DNA from: Lytechinus pictus
Taxonomy: Eukaryota
DNA: 64,000 nucleotides
Reading direction: 5' to 3'
Assembly: GCF_037042905.1 (NCBI RefSeq)
Contig: NC_087251.1
Span: 6,884,001-6,948,000 of the forward strand
Position numbers and translations under genes: made by a program. Shown here piece after piece: positions 41,001-54,495 of this stretch (positions are counted from its first letter, which is position 1; every line of letters begins with the position of its first letter). The notes below the pieces were generated by a model. That model was not told where the DNA came from, searched no databases, and saw nothing but the letters and a program-made list of their open reading frames with translations.

Positions 41001-44000
41001 AGTTATGATGTCATTTCAAAAACTTAATCTTAGGTTAAGATTTGATGTTGACGCCGTCATTGGAAAAGAGGCGCCTAGTCTTGCTCTGCTATGCAGGCGA
41101 GAAAAAATTGATAATTTTTCCCTATGAAGGAACTGTATTATACATGTACTTGTGGTCAAATTTATACCGATGTGAGCAGATGAATATGAAGTTGTATATT
41201 TGAGGTTGTTCTCTTAGTACCATTATCATGATTATTTCTGTATCATAGGATATAGGAGGGTAGTGGGAACTTACTTAACGTCACTCTGAAAGTATGGAGC
41301 TGTAGAATTAAAAGCTTGATCAAAGTAACCTCTGCTGTATGGAAGAATGTTCCATGGCTATAAAAGAAGACAAATATACAGCTACATGTTATCTCACATT
41401 TCTCTTTTATATATCCATCTATGTGAAAGTCTGTAATACGCTACTCTGAAAATATGGAGCCATAGAATTAAAAGCTAGATCAAAGTAACCTAAGTTGTAT
41501 GGAGGAATGTTCCAGATATATAAATTAAGACAAATATTGTTTACATGATATATCATATATTCTATTTTCATCTCCTGTCTTTCTCCCTCCCCGGCATTCT
41601 CTTCATCACTCTCTCCTCTCCTTTCATCTCACCCTCCACCTCTCTATGATATCATCTTACTAATAATCTCACAATTCATGAATATGTCCCATAGCTGGAT
41701 CAATTAGATAGAGTTCTTTACCATTCCAAATGGATGTCTCATGACCTCATCTAGAAGGTTGTTGAATGGTGCTTCTAAGACTAGACCTGTAGGACATCCC
41801 TCTATCAAATAAGAAATATAATGTATTACTCATTACACACAGGATGACTATAATATGTTTCAGTCGAGTGTAGAGTATAGTGATTTTATGCATTAAACTT
41901 TATGCAAAATCAAATGATTCTACATTTAAATGATTTGTCAAAATCTGACAATAAAATAGATTGCAAAATTAAGTATATCATTCATGTTACAGGGTTCAAC
42001 AAAGAAGATTTTCTATAGTACTGTTCACACTCACCTTCTCTGCATATTTTTGAAGTGAATACTGTGGATATTCTGAAAGAAAGAGAACAAATAAAAGTGG
42101 AATTAAATGCTGACTATCAAAACTCATCATACAATCAACATACAAAATCTACAAATATATGTGTACATGTATAGGCATTTACAGTGACATTTGTCTCAAG
42201 AATATTCTATTCTTGGGCAAACTATTATTCTTATCTTGAGCACACATAACGTATGTATAAACATAAAAGAACAGAAAAATGTTTTGAACACAGCTGAATA
42301 TTTACATCAATAAAAGCAAGTTTATTTCAGTTGAGAATTTACTAAATCGTTGACCTGCAACTGCAATAGATTGAAATTATTCATCTATTTGACTTTAAAT
42401 GTGAACTAGAATTTTAATTCGTCATGAGGACGAATTAGGTGATCTGTCTCTGATTTTCATGATCACGAATACAATCACCATGTTTATTGAGATCAATACG
42501 ATGATCATATTGAAAACTAAACTTTTATTACGAAAAGAACAAGTTGAATACTCTTGAAAAATGGGAAATGAGAAGTTTTGTGAAATAGGTGTAGGTGATA
42601 CACATGGTACATGTTATATTAAAAGGGTTTTAAACTATTTTATTGTGCAATATTTAAAATTATATACCTTGTAATGGTCATAAAGGACCATTTGTGAAAT
42701 GTTGAAAAGAAACAAAAAGAAACAAAAATTCTCATGTTCACCCCTGGGCTCGAACCGTGGACCCTGGAGACGCAAGTCTGATACCTAATACCAATTGAGC
42801 TACATTATTTCCCATAGACTTTACACATAAGCAAATTAAGAGGATCTCAAATCCAATTTTGCAAGAGAAATACGGGCATGATCTCGGCATCTGATCGGAA
42901 AATGGAGACCACACTTGCGATAGCTTAGAATCTCAGCTACAACATACTCCAAGCTCAGAGAAAACCGAAAAAAAAAGAAATGGAGATATGGCTCGCGAAA
43001 TAGAGGAATGTAAAATCAAGTTTTTAAGAAAAAGTCATTTCCCATAGAGATTGCACACAAAATGAGCAAAAATGACATGCCTCTATAACTTGCCATTTTT
43101 CAGGATGATATGTTCCTTTAAATGTAAATATAGCCATCACATTAGAAAAAGTATGTCCTCAGCTACAACATATAAAAAACTGAGCGAAAATTTACCAATA
43201 TTTACGGAGTTAGAGTCAAATTTGCGTAACTATGATGACGTCATAAATAGCAAAGTGAACATTTTTAGTTCCAACGCTATTTTGATGACATTGATAAAAT
43301 TTAGGGTCAAATGTGGCATGAAATCATATCTCCCATCCATACTCTATTCGAATATGAAAAAAAAATTGGGGGTCAACGGACTTCCTGAAGAGCTGTAATG
43401 AATTTTGTATAGGCATGTTTTTGCACATATATTGTCTATGGTTAGAACGCGCGCGCGTGCTGTAAACTTTGATGGAGGCTAATTCCGTTATTTCTTGTCC
43501 TAGAAGGTTGATCAAGGTATCAAATTACTCAGAATTATATTATCAATCCATTGATATGAAAAAAATGGCGATCCTTTGTTGTATAGTGCCGTTACGCACG
43601 AGAACACACGCGTAACCGTGCACGCGTGCACATTTTTGAAATGCTTAAAATGACCTGAACCATACTCCACTTTGGTCAAAAAGTAATTTTGAGCATTTAA
43701 AAATTTTGACACGCGCGTCGTGACCTTTACATGACCTTTGATGACATGGACAGTTGATTCTTGACCTGAAGTTAATGTGATGTAAATATTGTTGATTTTT
43801 GATAATTGATAATGAAGATATGATTGATAATGTGATTTTACAAAATGGCGTCTAGATGACGTCACGATAACCTTTTGACCTTAAACTTGTTTCATACACA
43901 TGACATGATAAGTCCTCATAACTGATGATATTTTGATGAAAATTGAAGATGTAGATTTTGAGATTTTACGCTAACAAGAAAAGGGCGGAAAAATAAAAAA

Positions 44001-47000
44001 AATGAAAGAAAATGCGTACGAAATTAATAGTTGATCTGGCGATCGACAGATCACCTAACAAGATGTTGAATATTAAGCCCAAAGAACATTACCCTGTTCC
44101 AAGGGAATGTCCCCAGATGTAGAAAGGGGAATCCCCTGTCCTTTCTCTCAGCCATCTATACACTGTTCTTACATCATCATGAATACCATCCGGAGTGGTA
44201 TGACTTGATGAATCTCCATATCCTAAAAAAAAATAATAATATGGTCATTGGTTAATTTCTTGCTTGATTTCACAAACAAAGATTTTTGAAAATGCAATAT
44301 TTTTTGGAATACCGGTATGTAGAGGAAAATCTTCTAGAAAATACAAATTAATGATACCACTTCATAAGAGAAAATAACAAAAATTACATAATAATTTCTT
44401 TCACACAAAATGCCATATTTAGATATAATCATGTGCAGAAAATAACCTTACACAGACATTAATAAATTCATGCCATACATTTTTAAAAGATGTCTAATTT
44501 TGATTCCCAACATTAATAATAATGTAAGAAAATTTTACAAACCTCGGTAGTCTACAGCTACGACATGGAATCCCAGTCTAATCAATAATTTATACAATTC
44601 TACTCGGTGTGGATTTGCTCTGTATAATAAAAAGAAAGAAACAATAATATGTATTTTTTTGTCTTTGAATAGTGATTTTGATTTGATCCAGTTATACAAA
44701 CTGAGCAAACGAAAATGATACTGAAAACCAGACATAGGAAAAAAGAATGAGAAAGAAAAGCAACAAGAGAGAGATCAAGAAAGGGTGAGAAAATGAAAGA
44801 GAAAGAGAAGAAAGAGTGACAAAATAACTCGATATATTATTTGGATAATGTGTTTAATCCTTTGAGAATTATTATCAATGGTTATTTTCTGATATCAAAT
44901 CTTACTTCAGGTTATGTTTTGGAGTTGAAATTATTACCTTGAACCTGAATTTCCATGGCAGTACATAATTACTGGTCTATGGTCTCTTAATGCTTTATCA
45001 AAGAACTCTGCTGATATTTCATCATCTTCTCTGGCAGGTCTTACAGAAGTAGGAAGCATTTGCCTAAAGAGAAAACATAAAGTTTGATTGACTAAGAAAT
45101 TTTATTCCCATTGGTACAAATACTCAAAACTTAAAAAGAAGATTATACATAATTCAAATTCATGGTTTGCAATCTGAATATTGAGGAAAGAGCTTGTGAG
45201 AGTATGAACAATAACAATTAAATCATTTTTGTCAAATGAAATAATTTTCAAAGGTAATATACGATCTGCAAAATTCCTTGTAAAAATTTGATTACTTATT
45301 ACATCTATGTAATCTTATTCAATTTTTAACGAAAATATCATTGTTTTTGTTTGGGAAAGCTTTTCTTTTTCTTAACCTGCAACAAATGTCTTCAAAGAAA
45401 AAATTGCTACGATTGCCTTTATGATTTAACTAAAGTCAATTCTTAAGGCCATCTACTTTTCCTAAATATCTTCTGATTTAGAGCATGATTTTAAATTTTT
45501 CCATTTGACTCTTAAAACAAAATCTTTTACCATTCTGGTCTTTTGCTTTCATTCCACTTCAATTCTTGATATTTTCTTTCCACTTAATTTTGCATCTCCC
45601 TCTTGGTATTGTTCCCTCTATTCTTTATTCTAACATGAGGTTTAACTGACTTTGAACAAGTACAAATTCTTTGACTTTCCTTTCCCTGATTATGCATACA
45701 AGTGTAGTTTGTTTGCTCCCTGCAATGTGCAATATTATTTGCTTATCCATTATGAAGACATTTCAATAATTCTATTTACATCCAAACGCAATCTGACCTT
45801 TCATTTCTGAGATTTCCATGAATACAAGCATTGTGTAAAGTTGAATATTACACATCTCTGATATAACCCTTCCTTGAATTTTATTACGCCAGTATAATTT
45901 CATTTTTAATTGTGACGGTACATTTAGATGTCTGCTCCCAATAATTGCTATTAGCAATATCGCAAGATGGTGAGCAATGCCACATGACAACAACGGGCAC
46001 CTCAGGCTCACTTCATATTCAAATAATTTTAATCAAACTCATAGTCCAGAATACCCAAACATTGGACTAAACAAAGTATGGGACTATCATTAAGTAAAAT
46101 GAACTATTAAATATCACAAGATATTTTTGTTTTATGAAAATGGTTTGATTTTCTGGTAATTCTGTTACCATGGTTAAAAGCCATAGAAATGAGGAAAGCA
46201 TTCAAGTGAAAATAATAATAATATTATAACAAATTGTAATATTCATGAATAACATTGATTATCAGGAATTGCCCTGGAACAAGACTATACTTGAATGAAA
46301 GTCTTACCACACTGCACACTCCAAGCTGAACTCCATTGGTAGAAGGTAGATATACATTGACCACATAATAAATGGTAATATTCATGAATAACATTGCTTA
46401 TTAGGAATTGCCGTGGAACAAGACTATACTTGAATGAAAGTCTTACCACACTCCAAGCTGAACTCCATTGGTAGCAGTCAGACGGCAGGTCCCAAGAAAG
46501 TGGCTTCTTTCATCCAAGTGATATTCATGACTTGAGATGTTTTGCATATTTAATGAGCCTGATGCGGACCAAAACACCTCTTTTCATTCGGTCATTGCTG
46601 CTCTAATTGTGCATCAAATTTCATGAATTTGGTGTCATTGTAGAGAAGAAGAATCATTCTTTCAGGTCATGTGTTTGAATTTATTCAAAGATTTTGTAAT
46701 ATAGGTTAAAATTTTGATCTAAAATATGCTACAAAATAATTATTTTCACCTGACAAAAGCTGCTATTTTCACACTTTATTTTTGTTTGAGCCCAAATGAT
46801 TTTTAGATCATGATAAAGCTGAATATGTATGCTTTAAAATGATATAGGTTTCAAAATAAGAATTGGTTTAATCGGGTCAAGATCACACTTTTCATTTGCC
46901 AAGTACATAAAGCAGCTTGAAAACCAGAATACTGCACTCTGATTGGTCAAAGAGACCACACAGTGGCAAATTCCAACGGTTCCAGTGCCTGTGTTCATGG

Positions 47001-48923
47001 GAAGGTCATACTTCCCATGTGGTAATCTCCTCAAATACCCCGCGCCTGTTGTTCTGTGAACCTTATCCAGCCAATCAGAACTCTGGATTTCATGCAAGCA
47101 CAAAATTTCAGAAATCTCGTCTTGTACCTTGGTGGGAAAAGTGTGATCTTGACCCGATTAAAAGGTGCCGCATATCAAGAGTGGCATTGTGAGAAAGTAC
47201 AGAAGTTCAGCTTTATGGTGATATTGATATCATTGAGGCTCAAAATAAAAAGTTTTGCACAATTTGCAAAAGAAAACAGAGGAAGAAAATTCAGTTTTGA
47301 GGCACATTTTCAGGCCAGAAGTTTACTTTTTTAACGAAATATTGTATACAAAATAAATGACCAATATGAAAGAGTAACATTTACTCTATCTGATGGTGCA
47401 ATAATATTTCATTTAACTTGAGGTTAAAACAGGTAAATTCTTAGAGAAAGAAAATCTCACGAATCACGAGATTTTGCAAGGAGGAGGATTCAGCCACGAG
47501 ATGATTTGGATGAATCTGGCCTTTTTGCTCATTAGCATAGGGACCTGCGGTCTGACTGGTAGAAGGTAGATATACATTGACCACATAATAAATGGTAATA
47601 TTCATGAATAACATATTGCTTATTAGGAATTGCCCTGGAACAAGACTATACTTGAATGAAAGTCTTACCACACTCCAAGCTGAACTCCATTGGTAGAAGG
47701 TAGATATACATTCCTTGCTCCTTTCAATCCATATACCTCAGGAGCATGGTAGTCTCTGAATACAGGACACTTGACTGTTTAAAAAAATATGTGCAAAACC
47801 TTTTGAAAACTTCAAAATGTACAAAGTATGGATGTGATGCTCAATTACTCACATTCTTGTTGTAGAAGAGCATAAATTTAAAACAAATAAATTATTCTTT
47901 GTTTCTAACACTCATCACTATATTGATATATACAAGGATACTGTTAGGGGCTTAATGGCCATTCTCTCCAAAGTATTTAAAAAAACAGACTTGGATGGTA
48001 GAAAAGAGCCCCAATACATTTATAAACAATTTAATTTTCTTTAATTGTGCATTTTGTTTTATACTGTGAAAATACAATCAAACTTACATCCTAACACTGA
48101 AGTCTTCATACAAATAATACTTGTATATGTCCTTAATGACAAAACCATAACTTGATTAACACAGAATATCCAATCATTTTAATTAACCCATATATTTGTT
48201 CAAGCTGGATCCAATATTATCATCACAGATAAGACTCTAAAGACAAATATTTGATTCTGTCCATAGAATAAGAAACACTTTAACAAAACATGAACCAGTT
48301 ATTATTTTCTAACTGCAAACCTTATCTGAGACTCTGAAAGTAAATAGCATTTGTACCGAGATAAAGAGAAAATAAGTTAATACACGTCTGCAATACCTTG
48401 CCCATACGGAAAAGGAAAAAAAAAGAACAAGAAGGTTCAGACCCAAACCCTCAGCATTAAAGACAGAGAACACTACTCAAAACTTGATATTTATTGTATA
48501 ACAGTACTACATGTACACACATCAACTGGTTAGATAATCATACTCAATGTTGTACAGTTTGCATTTAGAAATTGTTAAAAACACAATTGCTTATAAAATT
48601 CACATCATTCTTACTCAATAGTTTCATTAATTTTTGAAAGTTTCATTAATAAATAATCATGCTTATGATAATTATTATTATCTTGATACAGAGGAGATGT
48701 TTGAACTTCCATTAAGAATGACTAAATTAAAACTATTAAAATGATATCCGGTGTCATCTACATAACGACTATATTAAAATGATTTTACTCACGGTAATTG
48801 AGGAAAATAAGTTGGGAAGCAAAGTCAGGGATGAAATAAACAAGAACTGGGAAGATTGTGTAGAACAAAATGGAATTCAGCAAACATAGCTTCCATGTCC
48901 AACTCCATATAATAGCTCTCTTT
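38086..48923 (-). CDS. ABHD12: ABHD12-like hydrolase, copy 2 (exons 2-12 identified; exon 1 uncertain)
   Basis: Exons: 48923-48793, 47774-47669, 45063-44938, 44619-44543, 44222-44093, 42072-42035, 41801-41722, 41357-41275, 40256-40178, 39894-39767, 38101-38086. Same lengths and phases as copy 1, no stops or frameshifts. Canonical [27 protein letters not shown] and GHK motifs. Confidence 0.88.
40571..41107 (-). mobile_element. HINE-like family A element (shared with copy 1)
   Basis: Same position and sequence as 22508-23907, minus the nested MITE. Confidence 0.7.
42406..44058 (-). mobile_element. Solo Helitron/Helentron-like non-autonomous element, family C
   Basis: CTAG end with hairpin AATTCGTC-ATGAG-GACGAATT; subTIR TTAGGTGATCTGTC / GACAGATCACCTAA; inserted at an AA/TT with no clear TSD (empty site GTGAACAA at ~25204-25211); body homologous to the tandem array unit. 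Confidence 0.8.
46475..47558. mobile_element. Non-autonomous DNA transposon with 4-bp TSD
   Basis: 19-bp TIR CAGTCAGACGGCAGGTCCC / GGGACCTGCGGTCTGACTG; GTAG duplicated; internal inverted repeat ATCGGGTCAAGATCACACTTTTC (46871) / GAAAAGTGTGATCTTGACCCGAT (~47136). Confidence 0.85.
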
Positions 48924-50169
48924 CTAAAAGTAAGTAAAATCAGTGAAAAGGAAGAAAATCCGAAAGTTATAGATTGCTCGCTTTGCTCACTAGTATACTT
49001 AGACTCAGGTCTCAGGATATGGAAGCAAACAAATTCAGCAAGAGAGGTATAAAATACAGTATATATCAATATATCTACAGTATATTTTTGGAATTTGGAT
49101 GATGAAAAATTTACACTAAGTGGTCACAAATTATTCTTGTTTAGTGCTTAACACTTACTAAGCAATTTAAAACAATGCAGCATAATAATGTGTTTCAGTG
49201 TTCTTCACAGAATAAATTTCTGCCAGGTACCACCATAGGCTACCACACCTGGATTAAATTCAGCACAATGCAATGCAAATCAATTTCTTGCTGAAGGAAA
49301 CCATGCCGTGACTGGGATTTGAACACACAATGACACAACCCTTTATTTCAAATTCTGGAGAATAATCTACTGGGCCACAATGCTCTACTAAGAGATACCT
49401 TAACTTACCATTTAAAAGAGGTTTTTTTTTTTCTCCTCTACCACTTATTTATTCATTGAAATTTTTTTAGCAAGGAAGGTGAAAATGGAATAAGGAAATG
49501 AACATCCCTGCGCTTGTAAATATTGTTTATGGAAGAAGGGAAGTTTTCACTTTGAATTATTATTTTTCCTTGCAGTGAGCTTGCTCAGCCAGATTCTATA
49601 ATTGTAACTAAAAAAATACAAGAAAGTTTAATTTCTTGGTATGGTGGATTAAATGGTAGCTAGAGGCTAGAACTGGAAGTATTGATGAATTTTAAGAAAT
49701 TATTGTTTGATATGATATATTGTATGAAAAGTATTATTTATAGGATGCGGTGTCTGATGTCCGGACACTTCAGCAGATAAAACATCTTTTGATCTGGATT
49801 CTCTAATTATTTTTGCTTTACAATATTGACTGATATTACTTTGAAACAGTCGATTAATGAAATATTGATTACAAAGTTCCTGAAACTGCTGACTTGTCTG
49901 GAGATACAACTCTGGGTGTCCAAGTACGTCTGCATAGCTAGTGCCCCTTGTCTACACACATGCACATCTTTGCAATTCTAATCCCAGTGGGACGTGTTCA
50001 CCGATTTCTTTGCAGTGAAAAACCCTCAACGACTACAAATCATACACCTTCAATACTTAGACAGATATTCATTTAAAAAGTCCAACTAAGAATTCTGGAA
50101 TAATATTAAATTACATTTTCATGTAACGTCCCCAAATCATGTGTAAAAGTCAATGGGTGAGCAGACATT

Positions 50170-50600
50170 ATTTTTGTTAGTATTATTTATTTTTACTTAT
50201 TATTGTTATCATGATTTTTTAAAACATAATTTATCTTTTATTTATTACTTTTATAATAATAATTATTATTGTTATTATACTCTATTATTACCCTTAATAT
50301 TATTATTAACCTTTATTATTATTTTTATAATTATAATTAACTATCAATATCATTGTTACTATTCTTTATTATCATCATTATTACCCAATCATTATCATTA
50401 TTGTTGTTATCATTACTTTACTTTTCATTTCTGTCACATATTTGTATTGATTACTTTAATGTTTTGGGGGTTGACTCTTTCAAAAATAACAACATCAATA
50501 ATAAAGAATAATAATGATATATGACGATGATAGTAATAATAATACTGATAATAATGATAATGATAATAATAATAATAACAAAATAAAATTGACAATAATG
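50170..50600. repeat. Degenerate (TAT)n/(ATA)n low-complexity tract
   Basis: Direct reading. Confidence 0.8.
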
Positions 50601-50603
50601 ATA

Positions 50604-51386
50604 ACAAGTGGAATGCCTATGGCGGTCTCACCTGCATCACGCGATTCAATATAGCAGCAGTGCTGACTTTGAAAACTACTATAACTCGCACAAGATGTTC
50701 AGTGATACTTGGTTACTCTTATGTCAACGTTTTATGAACTAGACCAATACACTTACAGAGATATGATGGTAATTCAACAAATACCCCCAACATGGCAAAA
50801 GTTCATTGACCTTACATGACCTTTGACCTTGAACATGTGACCTAAAACTTGCACAGGATGTTCAGTGATACTTGATTACTCTTATGTCCAAGTTATATGA
50901 ACTAGACCAATATACTTTCAAAGTTATGATGGTAATTCAACGAATACCCCCAATTCGGCCAAAGTTCATTGACCCTAAATGACCTTTGACCTTGGTCATG
51001 TGACGTGAAACTCATGCAGGATGTTCAGTGATACTTGATTAACCTTATGTGCAAGTTTCATGAAATAGGTCCATATATTTTCTAAGTTATAATGAAATTT
51101 CAAAAACTTAACCTTAGGTTAAGATTTTGATGTTGATTCCCCCAACATTGTCTAAGTTCATTGACCCTAAATGACCTTTGACCTTGGTCATGTGACGTGA
51201 AACTCATGCAGGATGTTCAGTAATACTTGATTAACCTTATGGCCAAGTTTCATGAACTAGGTCCATATACTTTTTAAGTTATGCTGTCATTTAAAAAACT
51301 TAACCTTCGGTTAAGATTTGGTGTTGACGCTGCCGCCGTCGGAAAAGCGGCGCCTATAGTCTCACTCTGCTATGCAGGTGAGACAA
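50604..51386 (-). mobile_element. HINE-like family A element in an (ATA)n tract
   Basis: ACAAGTGGAATGCC...GCAGGTGAGACAA with internal tandem repeats. Confidence 0.72.
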
Positions 51387-51612
51387 TAAAAACAGTAATG
51401 ATAATAATAATAAAGGATAATAATAATAACAACTTCAATAATAAAGAATAATAATGATAGTAATAATAATAATGATAATAATATTAATGATAATAATAAT
51501 ATTGATAATAATAATATTGACAATAATAATAACAATAATAATGATGACTATGGTATGATAATAATGATAATATAATGATGACAATAATAATAATAATGAT
51601 AATGGTAATAAT
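51387..51612. repeat. (ATA)n microsatellite
   Basis: Direct reading. Confidence 0.9.
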
Positions 51613-51639
51613 ACCCGAAGGTTTGAATGAGTCTTCCTT

Positions 51640-52000
51640 GGCACTGGGAAACTGTCCCCATCCCCTTGTCGAACGAGCACGATTTTATGTTGTGAGGGGA
51701 CGGTATCACGAGTATAATAAACTGTTGGAGCATGGAGCTATTAAAAGCTCCATGGTTGGAGCTATCCCCACTGCGTGCCAAACGAAATGTGTATCCCATA
51801 GCGTGGGGATTGTATCACGAGTATTATAATAGCTATACTGTTGGAACTGTCCCCACTGCGTGCAAAGTGAACTGTGTATCCAATAGCGAGGGGACTGCAT
51901 CACTAGTATATCTATATTGTTGAAACTGTCCCCACCGCCGTGAAAATCAAACTTGATTTCCCGTAGAGTGGGGACTGTATCAAGAGTATATTAATAATAA
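51640..52000. repeat. Degenerate ~80-110-bp minisatellite with internal inverted motifs
   Basis: GGGGACTGTATCACGAGTAT-like motif recurs at ~51696, 51805, 51890, 51970 (and 52154), each preceded by a TCCCCA motif. Confidence 0.6.
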
Positions 52001-54191
52001 TAGGGAGAGAACCCAAGTATGTATACAGTGTGTTTCATATTTCGCAAGCAAAATAGCTACACGAGAGTTGTAGACTGTGTTCTGGAGAAAGGATGTGATT
52101 TTCATGTGTTCTGGTAGGTGTGATTCTAATAATCCCCATTTTTGGATTTGCTTGGGGACTATATCACGATTATGCCCACTCACACGTATTGCAAGGTAGT
52201 GTACTAACTGGATTATGCCCATGGTTTTATATTTTCAATTTTAGTGGGGGTGCACCTTATTTTGCACGGTACCGTTACATATTGGCGGTATACCAAATTA
52301 CCATTTTGCACACAGAGAAAAACTCGTTTAGGGGGTGTTTGGAAATAATTTGGCCACGCGTGTGTACAGCAATACATTTGACTGCCCCCCCCCCCCCGGG
52401 TCCGCCGCAAAGCTTCGGCCTTCAGCGGCTGCTGGGGCCTGTTGCATGAAAGGGTCTTTCGTAGAACCGTTCTACGTAAAAACGAGATATCGCTCAACTG
52501 TTTCACAAAGCCGATTTGGGCGATACGAAGAATAGTCCTTGGAAAGACACCTCCAGACATGTCCTACGTAGGCAAGATCTTCTTTGCACACCGCCCGCCA
52601 CCGTCAGCATTGAGAGAATGTGCGTTTATGGCAAGCCACACTGACATATCACCTTTAAACATTTTTGGGGGGTCATTCGAGTGCACTCTGATGCATTTTA
52701 TATGGGATGGCGCCAAGTTATTTTTTTATATGGGGTATTTCAGGTCATCTTGCATGGCAAGACGACCCAAAACGGATGTCATTTTAACTTCTCCGGGGTA
52801 ATCTAGACCCAAATAATTTGTTTTACTATGTTTTCTTTTATTCTCCCTCCTGTCTTTTCCCCACCCCTTTTCCAGTTTTTTTCAATTAAACTTGAAATAT
52901 TGAAATGGGTGGCAATCTCATTAGATAAACAACATGAAAACAATTAAAAAAAAGAAGAAATTATGAATGGTAAAAAACATGTTTATTACGTTCAGCCAAA
53001 AAAAAAAAAACACGATGCAAAACTAAGATGTTACTAAACATGCTAAATCATTTATTTATTTTTATTTCATTTTCATAATGACAATTACTATGTTTTTGCT
53101 GAAATTAATATTAATCACTGAAAATTATTTGATGAATTTGTGCTAACTTGAGATGATGAATGAAACAAAAAAAATCTGCAGTAACAAAATAGCTTATTGA
53201 ATTTAAGATATAGTTTAGGCCTAATAGCTTACAAATCCATCACAATCATTACAAATGAAGATAAGTTAATTGTACCAATAAATCGTAGGGTAGGCCCTAT
53301 CGGCCCCTATGTCATGTTAAAGCAATAATGTAGTCTCGACTCCTTAACCCCAAAATGTTGAACATATATATTTTTCATATTCTTAAAGCTTATGACTTAT
53401 GTTCTTATATATTATGATGATCGTTGTAATTTTTAGCATTGTTGTATTTTTTTTCCCATTGCGGATTGATTTCACACATTTTTCTGTGTTTTATTATTGC
53501 AAAGCACTACTTTACCCACTTGGACATGTTTGCAGAAATTTTCATATGTTGCTTGTCTTCGATTAGTCATCATGAAAATTTATTTATACTCTAAACACTC
53601 ACATTTGTATTTCTTGCGTGATATCTGACAAATAAAATCAATAAATTAGATTTTTCACACGCAGCCTCTCATATTTTCCTCTTTAGTCTCAAACAGCAAT
53701 CAGACACATTGATTTTGTTTACTCCATTCAAACCCTATTTTTACCTCAAGAAATAACATTTAACACATAATTTGCGAAATTATATCATTATAAATAAGTA
53801 TTCTATAAAAAAAATCAGAATATTGAACTAATACAATGTCAAAATTGCTTAGTTAATTCAATTTTTAAGTCGGACAAGGGTCTCTTTCGTTAAAATATCA
53901 ATGAAAGGTGTCTCTAAAAGGATGTGTTCTAAATAAGGGAAATAATGAAAATGTCGATTTTATCCACTCCTAGTACCAATGAGGTCCAAACATTAGCATG
54001 TATGGACCTCATAGGCGACAATGCGTTAAAAACAGGTTAGAACTTCTAACCGTACTGTTTCCTGCACCCAAGTATGATATTACTCCCAAAATATGAGTTT
54101 TGTCCTCGTTTGTTTATCATTTATTAAAAGATTGCCCATTAAATATATTCCTATTCCTAATTTGAATTTAATAAAATAAAGGGAAACTTAC

Positions 54192-54202
54192 ATTTGAGTC
54201 AT
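54192..54202 (-). CDS. Candidate alternative first coding exon for ABHD12 copy 2 (ATG ACT CAA AT|gtaagt)
   Basis: AAAATG start, perfect GTAAGT donor, phase 2 matches copy-2 exon 2; CpG-rich upstream patch with TCACGTGA at 54277-54284. Confidence 0.4.
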
Positions 54203-54495
54203 TTTTCGATCTTTTTTTGGCAGTCAGTCCGGTCACCGTCGAGTGCGATCAAAGCGGTATGAAGCTGATTTTCAGATCACGTGATACGTGTGGTCATCAC
54301 CTGATCAATCGACTATCCTTTTTTAAAGACCGCAACAATTATAAATTTTATTATAAAATATATATAGAATAAATTATTGCATAATATTATGTATATTTCT
54401 ACAATTAAAAAATATTTTGTGATATAAATTTAATATTTGACGTAAAAATCGCTATTGAACAAAATATTTATTAAAAAATAAAAAATCAAACAAAA

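Noticed and set aside
14120..50140. Duplication being two alleles mis-assembled in tandem
   Set aside because: Strong intron divergence around exons 4-6, many copy-specific TEs and different 5' regions favour true paralogs. Read depth and long reads are needed to exclude it fully.
51640..52175. CRISPR-like array
   Set aside because: Eukaryotic context, degenerate repeats, mutually similar spacers and no cas genes.
52213..52801. Overlapping ~110-aa ORFs in a GC-richer patch
   Set aside because: No recognisable motif or convincing splice frame; probably a repeat fragment. BLASTX would settle it.
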